Shown: positions 43,291 through 57,005, numbered from the stretch's first letter. The stretch: 64,000 nucleotides of DNA from Octopus sinensis (GCF_006345805.1 NC_043015.1:5146001-5210000); one strand, 5' to 3'. Made by a program: numbers and translations. The notes: generated by a model from the letters alone, not told the origin.

Positions 43291-43732
43291 GAAATTATTA
43301 GGGGTATCACCTCAGGTCCATAACTTTCCCTCAACTCAATAAATGTTTTTGTAGCTAAAAATATAATGTATATTTCCTCTCTAGATATATATATATTATA
43401 TATATATATATATAATATATATATATATAATATATATATATATATATAAATTAAAGATAAAACACCACTATTAGGAAAATCAAACAGTGAAAAACATAAA
43501 CCAAAACATAACAATAAAAATAATTAATATAATATACAAAATATATAAAAAAATATAAAATTCAAAATTTAAATTATTTAAATTTTAAATTGATAATTTA
43601 TATTTATAACTTTTTATATTTTTTAAATATTTTTAAAATTTAAATGATAAAAATTAAAATTTTTTAACTTTTTTATTATTTAAATATATATAACTATCAA
43701 AATGTATTATATATATATATATATACATACAC

Positions 43733-43807
<75 letters not shown>

Positions 43808-43808
<1 letters not shown>

Positions 43809-43980
43809 GGATAAAAATTCAAGGTAGAATTGCTAACATGATTTTATAAAAAACATTTCAGTACGATTTCAGTCATTGAGACTTTTTCAACTATAAATAT
43901 GGAAAACAATTAAATTTGGGAAACGTTAAAAGAAAGTTTTTAAAAATTATTTTAGCATTTTCTACCTTGACCTTTTTCCA
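43808..43980. mobile_element. 173-bp foldback element with ~45-bp imperfect terminal inverted repeats in a (TA)n tract
   Basis: TGGATAAAAATTCAAGGTAGAATTGCTAA... versus ...TTAGCATTTTCTACCTTGACCTTTTTCCA; internal minus-strand hammerhead-like relic at 43859-43893. Confidence 0.7.
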
Positions 43981-44102
43981 TATATATTAACTCGTTGTTC
44001 CTTTTCAACCTTACACATACACACACACACACATGCATATATATATGTATATATGTAATATATATATATTATATATATGTATATATGTATATATATATGT
44101 AT

Positions 44103-44153
<51 letters not shown>

Positions 44154-44229
44154 GTATAATATATTATATATGTATATATATATGTAATATATATATGTAT
44201 ACATATATGTATATATATATATGCATACA

Positions 44230-44298
<69 letters not shown>

Positions 44299-44808
44299 GT
44301 GTGTGTGTGTGTGTGTGTGTGTGTGTGGCAATATTCATGTTAATATTATGCTTCTTGATGTCTCATATATGCCAAAAATATTCCATTTTATACAGAATAG
44401 ATTCTCGTTTCCCCAATGTCCTGGAGAAACAGAGGTCGAGATAGAGAAATTCTGATTGAGTAATTTTCATTCAGATTTATAAATATTAGCATACATTCAT
44501 GTTGTTTATGCTTGGTAACATTACTCTCTTCATTTCAATGGAGTCGAGCTGCCTCATAGATACATGCTAACCACGTTGTACTGTGAAAAATACGAACATA
44601 AGTACTTTTAACTGTAGATGCATATTACCCCGTTTACTTGATTTTAAGTTTTTCGTTAAGGAGACTCTGCAGAAGCTTGGTTTAATAAATTATGCCAATA
44701 TTAGGGCTAAAATAGAATAAAATAATATTACAATATACTGTGAGGAATAGAGAAATATATCAACCTGAAGTCTGAAAATGATTTTCCTCTTCTATATGAA
44801 TATTAAAG

Positions 44809-45038
44809 GCGGCAAGCCGGCAGAAACGTTAGCACGCCGGGCGCGATGCGTAGCCGTATTTCGTCTGCCGCGATGTTCTGAGTTAAATTTCCGCCGAGGT
44901 CGACTTTACATTTCATCCTTTCGGGGTCGATAAACTTAGTACCAGTTACGCACTGGGGTCGATGTAATCGATATAATCCGGTTGTCTGCCCTTCTTTGTC
45001 TCCTCTGTGTTTAGCCCCTTATGGGTAGTAGAGAAATA
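44809..45038 (+). mobile_element. SINE family D, copy 1 of a tandem pair
   Basis: Flanked by TATATGAATATTAAAG at 44793-44808 and 45039-45054. Confidence 0.92.
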
Positions 45039-45054
45039 TATATGAATATTAAAG

Positions 45055-45285
45055 GCGGCGAACTGGCAGAAACGTTAGCACACCGGGCGAAATGCTTAGC
45101 CGTATTTCGTCTGCCGCGATGTTCTGAGTTCAATTTCCGCCGAGGTCGACTTTACATTTCATCCTTTCGGGGATCGATAAACTTAGTACCAGTTACGCAC
45201 TGGGGTCGATGTAATCGACTTAATCCGGTTGTCTGTCCTTCTTTGTCCCCTCTGTGTTTAGACCCTTGTGGGTAGTAAAGATATA
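45055..45285 (+). mobile_element. SINE family D, copy 2 of a tandem pair
   Basis: Flanked by TATATGAATATTAAAG at 45039-45054 and 45286-45301. Confidence 0.92.
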
Positions 45286-46195
45286 TATATGAATATTAAA
45301 GTTTAAAATGCCTGCAAACGTTCAAACAATGTTTATTTTTCATTGTTAAATTATAGCAGTGGGTTAGTCTTATAAACGCTTTGGTCTTTATAAACTAAAT
45401 AACAATGTTTAGTGTACCAAGTTTCACAAGATGTCCAACAGCTGTATGTCAATTTAGAGATTTAGCTACTGATATTATCGATCAGATATTTGAAAACTAT
45501 ATTTTTTCGGAGCAGTCTATATTGAATTATAGAAGCTTTTATTTTGTATTCTATCAAGTGTATATTTATTTTAGCTTAAGTTAAAACTGTGACATGAGAG
45601 AACATCGATCATAAACCTAGTGGTAACTGTTGTCAAGCCAAATGTTTTAATAATATTCTTTCTCGGAATATTTAGAACATGACCGTTTGCGTGCTACCGC
45701 ATGGCCAATCAGTCATCTCTGTAAAGTCCTATAACTAAGACGGGGTAATTCTACTTAGGTGACAATGTTATACAGATGTATGAGACAGCGTGGCTTTTAG
45801 TGACCGAAGATTCACAGCCGATACCAAACGATCCAGAAAAAATCGTCACTTTTATCGTGTTTTGAATTAAAACAGAGACAAGGTTCCTCAGGACGCGGAA
45901 ATTTTTTCGGGTGTGTAAAATTACGCATATTGATTCTTCAAGTCGAATGATAATGTCCGAAACAATCGAAGTGAGTAACAACGCTTTCAAATTTAATTTG
46001 GTAACATCAGCTGATTTAATTGAATTACTTCTGTAATTTCTTTGTGGGAGATTAGCGAGGCAGAGATATAAATGCTACAAATACACTCCCTAACTATTTT
46101 CTTATTCGCAACAAGATTCTTCTAGCGTAGTATTCATGATAGAATATATACACACACATACATTCATACGTATACACACACTTGCATACATACAT

Positions 46196-46250
<55 letters not shown>

Positions 46251-47019
46251 TATATATATATGTGTATGCATGTGTATATGTATATGTATGTATGCATATA
46301 TATTATATTATATATATATATTATATATATATATATATATTATATATATATATATATGCATATGTATGTTTGTGTCTGAGTGCATTTGTGTGTATTTGTG
46401 TCTGTGATTTTGCTGTTTATATCAGGTCTGGTAGTAAAATCTGAGATATCCGAAAACAGTGGAAACATCAAGATATCTAAGACGCTCAATTTATACGTCA
46501 AATTTCTTTACGAGGAATGCTTAAATCACTGAAATTTCTCATAGTACATAGCATATCAAATATACTTACAGTAATTAGTTTATAGAAAATTATAGTCTCA
46601 CAATTATAGCCTCACAATAATAAAAGAAATTATAGCTTCGCAATAATAACTTTTTAGGTCAGTTGTTAATAAAATGAAACAACTTACAATAATTGTATAT
46701 ACAACTATCAGACACTTAAAGAAAACGCAATACATGTATTTGTCTGTCTATATGTCTGTATGTATATGTGTATGTATCTATCTATTTCGATATATATTTC
46801 TTTCTTCCTCAAAATATATAAACACACACGCGCATAAACATGCACACACACACATACACTCACACACACACTTATATGTAGGTCTCAATACTTTTAGTAG
46901 GCCTTTGGTTTTCATGTTTAATGTGTCTACGAAAGCCATGAATAAAACAATATTTTTTCGTCTCCCTACATCTCACCACATGCATTGAATGAGACCACCA
47001 TATTTGTCTTTGAAATATT

Positions 47020-47153
47020 AACTTCTACTTTAGGCACAAGGCCCGAAAATTGAGGGGAGGGGGCCAGTCGATTTGATCGGCCCGAGTACGCAACTGGAGC
47101 TTAATTTATCGACCCCAAAAAGATGAAAGGTAAAGTTGACCCCGGCTGAATTT
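47020..47153 (-). mobile_element. 3' unit of the composite family D SINE
   Basis: Reverse complement matches the second unit at 48713-48880 (ACTTTACCTTTCATC...CAGTTGCGTACT...TTTCGGGCCTTGTGCCTA). Confidence 0.75.
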
Positions 47154-47289
47154 GTCTGTAAAAAATTAGAATGCCAAGTATTTTTAATTTCACTGTTAAT
47201 ATGAAAATGAATATTTTCTTTTTCCTTTCCTTTACATTTTTTATTTATTATTTATTTATTATAATTATATATATATATATATTTTGCTT

Positions 47290-48230
47290 TAGCAGTCCAG
47301 TGGAAAGCTAAGGCAATTAGCCCACAACACAACATACTTGATGAACTGAGGAAATTAACATTTCAGCATAATAGCGATCATTGCCCACGTGCAGACATCT
47401 GCTTGATTGCGAAAATCATTTTTCCAGAGAGAGCGACTAAAAGCTTTGGTGTTAAATATGGTCCACTACAGAGAAAATAATAAGAACGCTTTCCTGAAAT
47501 TTCCATACATTTCTTGGAAAAATTGTTGCAGCGGGTGGTTTCTCAGATTGACAGATTTTTACACATGGAGGTCATAATTTTGACACTCTTCTAAGGGACA
47601 CCACAGTTCATTAGGACATGTAGCACTTTCTTTCAGGTTACATAAGACATATTGTAGCGAATTCCAAATACAGCTTGGGCCACTTACATGGAAACCCACT
47701 TTCTCTAACTTTTTCAGTAATTCCAATGATCTCTGAAGAATGGGATCGAGATGAAAGGAAGCGCTATTAAAAAGCATTCAGTGTTTTATTATTTTTTTTT
47801 TCGTTGGAATATTCCATGATACTGGTGTCTTCTTTCCTGCCGTCTTTAGCAATGTTTTAACTTCATCTGTAAAATGGAACTGAGTAGACAAGCAGGTTCT
47901 CTGCTAATTTGTATTTTGAAGAACGTTAGTCTCGGCGTTACACATGAAACTGTAAGGTAATTTCCTCTAAAACTTCTCAAGTTCTATCATACTTATATTT
48001 AATGAGGTAATTACTGAGTTCTCCGGTTTAGACTACATGTGTGCTATCATTGCCTCATTTAATGCTTCCTTAAGTGGAGATTCACTTAAATTCAATTTCA
48101 ATTCAGTACCATTAACGCGCCTAAATTGAACCTTTTGCATTCTATACTTTTCTGATTCCCGTTGCCTTTTCATTGGAAGCAAAAAGAAGTGGGCGGAAGA
48201 CTGTTTTAAGAACGCAATATAACCCCTCAT
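47290..48230 (-). pseudogene. Unidentified decayed coding-like segment
   Basis: One minus-strand frame (containing track ORFs 48033-48230 and 47559-47777) has only about 7 stops in about 310 codons of non-repetitive AT-rich DNA. No family recognised. Confidence 0.3.
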
Positions 48231-48480
48231 AACTCGTTTTATTATTTGGAATGTTCAGGAAGTTTGTGTACTTTCCACGGTAATTTATACAACTTTAAAA
48301 AAAAAAATTAAATCATCATGTGATTTAAGGTTTGTTTAGCTGTTATTTTTAGCACATCTCATGACCACCTTATACCGACATCGATTATTTGTCACTTCGC
48401 TAAAGTGAAGAACTTACTTACTAATCAAGATTATTTGTCAGTATGACATATTAATGCTTTTCTATATCTTTCTCTCCAAA

Positions 48481-48998
48481 GCGGCGAGCTAGCAAAAACT
48501 TTAGCACGCCGGGCGAAATGCGTAGCCATATTTCGTCTGTCGTTATGTTCAAAGTTCAAATTCCGCCGAGGTCGACTTTACATTTCATCCTTTCGGGGTC
48601 GATTAAATAAGTACCAGTTACGCACTGGGGTCGATATAATCGACTCAATCCGTTTGTCTGTCCTTGTTTGTCCTCTCTGTGTTTAGCGCCTTGTGGGTAG
48701 TAAAGAAATAGGTATTTCGTATGTCTTTAAGTTCTGAGTTCAAATTCCATAGACGTCTACTGTGCCTTTTATTATTTCGGGCTCGATAAATTAATTACCA
48801 GTTGCGTACTGATGTTGATCTAATAGACCGCCTCTACCCCAGAATTTCGGGTGTTTTGCCTAGAATAGAACAGATTATTATTATTGTTAAGGCGGCGAGC
48901 TGAGAGAATGTTGAGTACACTGGACAAAATAGTTAGCAGCATTCCGTCTGCCCCTTCCCCAAAATTTCGGCCCATGTGCCTAGAGAATAGAAAAGAAT
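48481..48998 (+). mobile_element. Composite family D SINE cluster (full unit + 3' unit + internally deleted unit)
   Basis: GCGGCGAGCTAGC head at 48481; second core from about 48713; third head AAGGCGGCGAGCTG at about 48889, joined directly to a CCCCAAAATTTCGG tail. Confidence 0.85.
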
Positions 48999-50061
48999 AT
49001 ATTTCTCCCAATAAACACATCTAAAGGTTTATTGTCCGGATTTAAACAAAAATTGCAAACGTATTTCAAACTGTGATTAAAAACAAACTCTAGAAAACAA
49101 ATTATAACAAAATTCAAAAAATTTATTTTCTCTTCATAGTCGTATGACGTCGCTTGTGTAGAACACAAATTTACAAAAATATTTTGAAAATTCATACATT
49201 TACAGTAATTCCAGTGCTAAATCTCTCTCGGAGTGGTTAGGGAATTGTATTGTAACGTATGTACATCAATACTATTTTATCCTCAATCTTGTTAGGTAGA
49301 TTTGTAAGCCTGTTCTGTAATGTGACTTTAACTCGTTGCATTAGCAACTAATTTTCCTTAGTCGATTCCTTTCATGTGATCTCTCTCTGATTTTTGTTCC
49401 GTCTTCGGGTGAAATATCTGGCTTGTACGTGGAATGTTGATAGCATCACAGCTTTACATATAGTTATGCGTACATGTGTGTGTATGTGTATGAGGGTATG
49501 TATGTGTATATGTTAAAACAAATAGAGGGTAGAAGCCTGTGAGTTTATCAGAGCGGAATGGTAATTGAATTATTAGATAAGCCTCGCAATATTTCACGTA
49601 ACTGTACGTTACGTGAAATCTGTTTCTGCCGAAAATAACTGATTTTATTTAACGATAGCAGTAAGTACGTGGAATGCTTCGATCGGATAAGACCTTCACC
49701 AGGAAATTCATTGTATTTCTAGAAGTATTGATGAAGGAATCGCTAATCTCCTGCAGAGCATTAGATACGAAGAATTGAGGAGGTTAATTAAGCAGAGATG
49801 TAATTCTAATAAGGAAAAAAAAATCGGAAATAACAGGTATTCTTTTAAAATTTTATTCCCTCCCTGCTGAATGATTGCTGTGCTTTAACCTTGGTTTACC
49901 AGTTTGGAAACGCCTGTGCTAGTAAACTGGTATACATTTTATTTATTTTTCTTAATAGTTATAAAATCTATACAGGATAATCATTACAGTAAACAAATCG
50001 GTAGTTCTGACTGTTATGCTGACACATTGATCTTAAAATTCATGAGAGATTTTTTCTCCAG

Positions 50062-50157
50062 GTACCAGTTAATTTCCTCTATGTTTCTGATTGTCACTGC
50101 TATTATAGTTTTGAAATTTGTTTCAACATCGGGGGACCCACTACACTCTTGCTCCCA
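50062..50157 (+). other. Candidate exon encoding a signal-peptide-like N-terminus
   Basis: Acceptor TTTTTTCTCCAG|, ATG at 50081, MFLIVTAIIVLKFVSTSGDPLHSCS, weak donor |GTGAAT. No in-frame downstream exon found. Confidence 0.2.
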
Positions 50158-50278
50158 GTGAATTTTCCTGACACTATAGTTACCCATCAAATTGTTAGAT
50201 GTTATATATTAGTCACGACATCTTTTGATTTCTTGGCGTCAAAGAAGCAAAAGAGGTGATGGGTCTAACGATATATTC

Positions 50279-50505
50279 TGCGAGCTGGAGGAAACGTTAG
50301 CACAACGGGCGAAATGCGTAGCCGTATTTCGCCTGCCGTTACGTTCTGAGTTCAAATTCCGTCGAGGTCGACTTTGCCTTTCATCTTTTCGGGGTCGATT
50401 AAATAAGTACCAGTTACGCACTGGGGTTGATGTAATCGACTTGATCCGTTTATCTGCCCTTGCTTGTCCCCTCTATGTTTAGCCCCTTGTGTGTAGTAAA
50501 GAAAA
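50279..50505 (+). mobile_element. SINE family D
   Basis: GCGAGCTGGAGGAAACGTTAGCAC...GGGGTCGATTAAATAAGTACCAGTTACGCACTGGGG...GTAAAGAAA. Confidence 0.9.
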
Positions 50506-51698
50506 ATATATATTATCCTACACAATTATGACTCGCAATAACATCATATATTATATATTACACACTTCTCATCATCCTGAAAAGTGTGTAGTCGTGAGAT
50601 CTCCTCAAGATGTTCGAGTTAAGGTTTCTGGGGATTATAGTAACAATTGATGTTTGCTTAACAGTTACACATAGCTCAGAATAACTTTAGCATCTTCAAA
50701 GTTTCAATGTAATGAATCAAGCTATGAGCAACACTTACATGACTTAGAACATTTTACTCACATTTGAGTGATACTCCGAGTTCAGGTTAGAGGTATGTTG
50801 AGGGTTAGAGTTAGGCAACTGCGATTCACAAATAAACCGAGCTTAACTTGAAAGGTTCATACACATTTAAAAATTCAGCAGAAAATGAATGTTCGTTATG
50901 TGTGTAGACGTTAGTTACAACTGGAAATGACAACAGATTAATTGCGTGATATGGTATTCATTGTTTTTCTGTAGAATGCGTTAATGATATCAATCTAAAT
51001 GAGTACAGCAAGAGTGCTACATGTAATGATACATAACCGGAGTGCGTGCGCTGTTCATAAATACGCGAATGATATGGTTCATAAATTTGCGAATGATTGC
51101 GAACCAAAAAGGAAATGAATACCAAGTTACGTAATATCTTCACAATAATGAATCCTAGTTTCCCCAAATGTAAAAGTAGTTTATAAGAGAAAGGGATAAA
51201 GATATTTAGATCGAGAATATGTAACACATTTAAAGAATGAGCAAATAAAATAGTCCTCATATTAAAATAATACGGAAGGCATATTTTATATCGTACTTTT
51301 GCAACTTGGCATTAACCATGCTTTGAGATTTTTAAAAGGTTCGATGGATTTTAGATGTTCTTATACTTGTTGAAGTCATTTTTACTGCAGCGAAGCCTGG
51401 GTACCGCCTTGATGATGAATATATGGTCTATTTAGAGTTGGTCGCTGAAAATAAGTAATATCCTAAAATGAAACTCAAGATTTGAAAGTTAATTTAAAGT
51501 AACGATGATGATTGGCGCTGCTTGAATTTCAATTTTGACGAGAAGAAATTTAGGCGGAAATGGAAATTCTCGCCGCCAGGCACAACCATCGAATAGTTCA
51601 TTAACAGTTGTATCAGCAAAGGAAGAGATATGCATGCTGTAAAGTAATTTGCTGGGTGCTTCGGAACGTAGTGAATATGCCTGGTCTCTCCTTTTCAG

Positions 51699-51765
51699 TT
51701 GATTATACAATACAAAACCCAGTGGCCCTATTGTATGAGGCTAAAAGTAAATTCCTAAAATCATG
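51699..51765 (+). other. Candidate internal exon (67 bp)
   Basis: Acceptor TCTCTCCTTTTCAG| and donor TG|GTAAGT; only one frame is open ([21 protein letters not shown]). Confidence 0.3.
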
Positions 51766-51850
51766 GTAAGTAGAGTAAACATGTGGGTTGTAATGCTGGG
51801 GAACTTCCGCTTAATGGTTAGTATTCTTACCACTACACACACACACACAC

Positions 51851-51889
<39 letters not shown>

Positions 51890-52070
51890 TCTCTATATAT
51901 ATATATATATACGTATATATATGTATATATATGTATATATATATGTATAAATATATATATACGTATTTATATGTATATATATGTATATATATGTATATAT
52001 ATGTATATATATATATATTATATATATATATATTATATATATATATATATATCTCTATATATATATATAT

Positions 52071-52126
<56 letters not shown>

Positions 52127-54111
52127 TTAGGAAGATTCACATCCATAATTCGATTCCTTTTGTTACACGTGGAAAGCACTGAGACTGCGGATAACATTGT
52201 GGAGTCACCTTTGATTTAGAAATTTCTCTCTTGCAGCCGAAAATTTGGCACTGTTAGAAAATTGAACTCCAGTTATGGAGCGCGATGATACAAAAGTGGA
52301 TACATCTGCTTATTTTCTCTCGTGTACACATGGTCCGCGAATGCTGGTGAACTGAATCCACCGCCTACCTTATTAAAATCGGTTTGAGCGGGAACATTTG
52401 TAGAAAGAATAACCCTACAATTTTAAAAATATATACATTTTGCAGCTGCTGACTATTAATGAGATAAGCAGAAATAAGCAAACATCTTAATCAATTAAAT
52501 GAGCAGGCAACATTTCATAATTTCTTTTAAAATTTGTAATAACGTCAGGCGAATTTAGCTGAAAGATTTTGTGTATTTCCCTCATAAAGAATCTAATGGT
52601 AAATATATATTAACCATTAAATGTATATTTAAGAAAGACACGTAAATGTGTACGGAATAAATTCAAAAATTGAGAGAGAAACATCCCATAAATTCAATAA
52701 ACACAAGCCGTTTCACACTGAGTATACTTTGATGATTCTCGTTGCATGAACTATTATATTACAAAATCACATTAAGAGCATCCGCCAAGTATCAATTTCT
52801 AAAAGCGTAAGAAATTGCAGAAAAAACAAATCCTTTTTCTTATTTTAAAACTTTGCACTGAATTACCTTGTATCTTCCTTCCTAGTAGTACAACATATTT
52901 TTACTCCAACGTATGAAATAATTATTTTATAAAATGTTTACTTTTTGAACAGTGAGAAACATCATATCAATACCATGTGAAATTTGAAAAGAATCTTAAG
53001 CAGCTAAATATTTGGATGAAAAGAGAATGCTTGTAAATTAGCTCGACAGCATATCTTGGTAAGAGAGTTAACATACCTAGGAACTTAATGACACTGGCAG
53101 GAAATACATTTTCTCGATGGCCTTTAGGAAATTTTTTTCTGTATATAAGCAGGAAAATGTTCTTTTTTTCTTTTAAATTCTTTATTCTATTTCATGTTCA
53201 GAAGAACATGTCCTGTCAAACAATGTATTCATATATTCAGTTAATTATCGGCTTATATGAATGCGAAACAGAATCTACTGCCTGCAGTGTGGAATATATC
53301 TCTGCATGATATTAATTCGACTCTGGTTCTACCTCAGGTAATCCATTTACTAATGCAATTTACTGTAGTCTGATATAATTAATTAAACGGAACACTCCAC
53401 TAAGAAATATAGGATTTTGCAACATCAAAAGTTTTGAAGCTGTCTATTCAGTGCTTAAAAACTAAATACCAACTGATTCCTAAATTATCTGTAGACATAA
53501 GTTAAAATCGCATGTTCATATATAGAAATTTACTCATTTAAATAAGTATACTCTGTTTCAAATTCTCATTAGAATGTGAATCAACATCACTATTCTACGT
53601 CTTCAGACAACATAGTTTTCTTACAAGAGCAAATGATGTAGATAGTATCCCTACAAAAGATCCCTTAGGTGCTTATCTATTTAGAAACACATGCAAATGA
53701 CACTTTTTCATTAAGATCACCCCTTGCGCGTATTCAATGTAATTATTAAAATAATAATAACAATAAAGGTATATTCAAGACATTGACAATATTCTTCATG
53801 TGGCAAAGACTACGATTTTCATTAAATATTGTTGGAGAATGCATAATTAGATAAGTCTCCGAATGGCGACAACCTAAAATCTGAAAGTAAAACAACATTG
53901 AAATGAATTGATGCACTAACGTCCCATTTTCTTTAATGTGAAAATAACTAATGAAATAAAATAGAAATATTCTAATCATTAGCACACTAGTTAGCAGTCA
54001 ACAAATGCAACTATTTTGGCAATCCCGGGAATGGTTTCTCTGGTTAGATCTCCTTAGTTATGCCTTTATTAAGAAGTCATCTACGTGCTAGCAGTCAAGA
54101 TATTTTAACGT

Positions 54112-54146
<35 letters not shown>

Positions 54147-54290
54147 GGGAAAACACTATGTGGACACACTTATGCTAGAAATAGATCCCCTACCTTCTTA
54201 CCACTGAACCTTCAGTATTTTTTTATATGCTAGATCACTGATGTGAAATCGATGTTAATTAAATTAATATATAATTTCTCACCCTATATA

Positions 54291-54384
<94 letters not shown>

Positions 54385-55265
54385 CAGAGAGAGAGACAGA
54401 GAGAGAAAATACACGCAGAACTAGCTAATCATATATACCAGCAATTAGATTGCACCTTTCAAATGATCAGAGAAATAACAATATAGAACACTATCCAATG
54501 GATTAAATTGTAAATTTATAAATATAGACCTTTATATATAATCGGATAATTGAGTATAATACAGGGTAATTTACTAAAACCTAACTGCCTAATACATGAA
54601 TCAGGGAATGCAACACTTGAAATCTATGAAATATTTCCCTTTTGTCTACCTAATTCATTTTGCTAAATTTTACTCCTGTTACACTCTAAGCATTGCTCCT
54701 ATTCTTCTTATGTCATCTTCAATCAAAAACAATATATTGTATCTGTTGGTAACTGACTCTTGTATATACTGGATCTCCTAACCATTTAAACATGTCTGAA
54801 GAAACCTAGAGGCACACTCAGCATCCAAACTTTATCTACCCATCCCTACAGAAAACTGAAGAGATGGAAGTAGCATGGAGGATATCGGGGCCTCTTGGCA
54901 GAAACCACCGTAAAGAACTGATTTTTTACTCTCTTATATATCATTAGCATATATTTGGGTAGCACACAATCTTTGCATGTTTATGTATTCTTATAATAAG
55001 TCATTTTGCTTTAGAATGAATAGAAATAATAGAATGTCTACCGGTTGATGTATGCGTCATTTTTGTATTCTCTCTTATTTTTTTGGCTGTATAAATTAAG
55101 GGTAAACCACTATTTACCCACGCCCTTATATGACACCCATTTGCGAAATTGCCACGAAATAACCAGCACTTGGGTACACTACCAGAAGTATATTGGATAT
55201 GTACTATCCCTTAGTTGGTTGGATTCCCAGCTTTAACTCTCACGGAAATATATGTATATATATGC

Positions 55266-55313
<48 letters not shown>

Positions 55314-55976
55314 TATATAATATATATTATATATATATATATTATATATATATATATGGATCGATGGATGTACAGTGTGTGTATAATATTTTCTGTTTAT
55401 ATTACTGAGAGGTTGTCTTGTTCATTCACGATATAATTCGGGAAACATACTTGAAATACAATAATTACTTAACTATTTGATTTCCTCTCCTGTTTAAAGT
55501 TTCATACATACAAAATTTGCAGCAGTCGCTTATTTGAGAGTTGAAAATATTTGGGATGTGATTCATGAAACAGAAACAAAATATATGCCATAATAACATA
55601 GAAAGTAACGAAGCCGCAATTCACAATAAAAAAATAAGTTAGCTATTGTTAAACTGAGAAAGAAACCATTAATAGAATTCAGGAAAAGAAGCCATTTATA
55701 ATCGATTGTTTCCCAGTAATGTCTTCAAACGAATACCGAAGTTGATTGCCACTCTGTATCTACACACACACGCACGCACACTCACATACATATACACAGA
55801 CACACGAACTCACACGCACACACACTGTAAATATGTAAATGGATCCAAACACCGAGACACTCATGCATAAACGGAAAGAAATCATCATACGCAAATGCAG
55901 AAACGCTTATACAGGAACACACACAGACCATGTTTCAATTCACTTTAATTACGTTGTTCTATTTTCTATATCACAG

Positions 55977-56074
55977 AAAGATCCCACTATTAATGTATCT
56001 GTACACTTTGCATTTATCACAATCCACTCAGTTGTCACTGACGTTGGCTTTGTACCAATCTGTACTGGCGGTTC
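55977..56074 (+). other. Candidate internal exon (98 bp)
   Basis: Acceptor TTCTATTTTCTATATCACAG| and donor TC|GTAAGT; two open frames (e.g. KDPTINVSVHFAFITIHSVVTDVGFVPICTGG). Confidence 0.3.
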
Positions 56075-56954
56075 GTAAGTCTTATAAGAATTCAAACTAA
56101 TCCGTTTCAATCAACTCAAGCTCTCTCACTATCAGTGACAGATGAGATTCAATCGAGTTAATCTCAGTATTATTCACGGCTTCAAGTATTTTATTTTACC
56201 CAATTCATGATCAAGCTCTACACTGAGTTAACTACTTTATCTAGACATTACAAACATAATGTATTTTCAATTTAGAATGTTATTGTTTTTGTATATTTTA
56301 CTCGTCGTTGTTTTTATTTGCTTTCTTGCTTTCGTGTTCCATCCTCCATTTCAACAGTTGAAGACTTTAACAAAAAAAATAAGTTGAGAGAACACAACAG
56401 CTGGTAAAAATAAAGAAAACACGTTTTCATCAATGAAATTAAACGATTAATTTAAAAGGAAAAAAATAGAAATAAAATCTTATAACAAATGACTAACACG
56501 CATAACCGTTTCTGTTTTTTCAAATATCGTGATGTAATGAATATAGAAATGTTCCTGATACAAGTGAAAGTTAACGAAAAGATACTCGTATTCATTATAT
56601 ACTATGTATATATATATACTTTTTTTTATTGGTGACGCCTTTTTCTAGTTCCCATCGCAAATACAAAGGTTTTATTAGAGTTCTTATAAAAAACATACTT
56701 GTTTAAATTTGTTAAATTATAGAACTTTTTATTATAAACATTTGATAAGACAAAATTTCAACTACAAATAAGTATAACATATCACTTCTAAATTTCGCAG
56801 AAAACCAAGTATTTCGAACGTATACTTAATTTTGTGCTTTTGTACTCTACCCTAGATTGGCGAACGTCTACTACGAGCATTAATTCCAGCTTCGATACAA
56901 ACAATACAACGCGTTCTGCTTCTTAATCTAATAAGTCTTCGAATGCATGTCTAA

Positions 56955-57005
<51 letters not shown>

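Larger units (their letters stand above)
40252..43385 (-). mobile_element. 5'-truncated Neptune-type Penelope-like element with a long 3' region and hammerhead
   Basis: RT motifs FDIPMGSSDSAEVTNLVG...GLYRDDALF...NFLDITLDL...YVSKLSNRPPNII; linker motif IIWLNIPF...FP.SHRYHKI...ISYSTLPN; CNFRIKSKCP at the ORF end; bounded by (TA)n. Confidence 0.85.

Noticed and set aside
50973-51135. Acceptor followed by CVNDINLNEYSKSATCNDT, EGF-like in appearance
   Set aside because: An in-frame stop follows and the EGF cysteine spacing is incomplete.
55977-56074. Assignment of the candidate exon to a Cys-loop receptor from P.NVSVHFAFITIHSV
   Set aside because: The following residues lack the expected D-E-x-x-Q pattern, and no other receptor exons were found.
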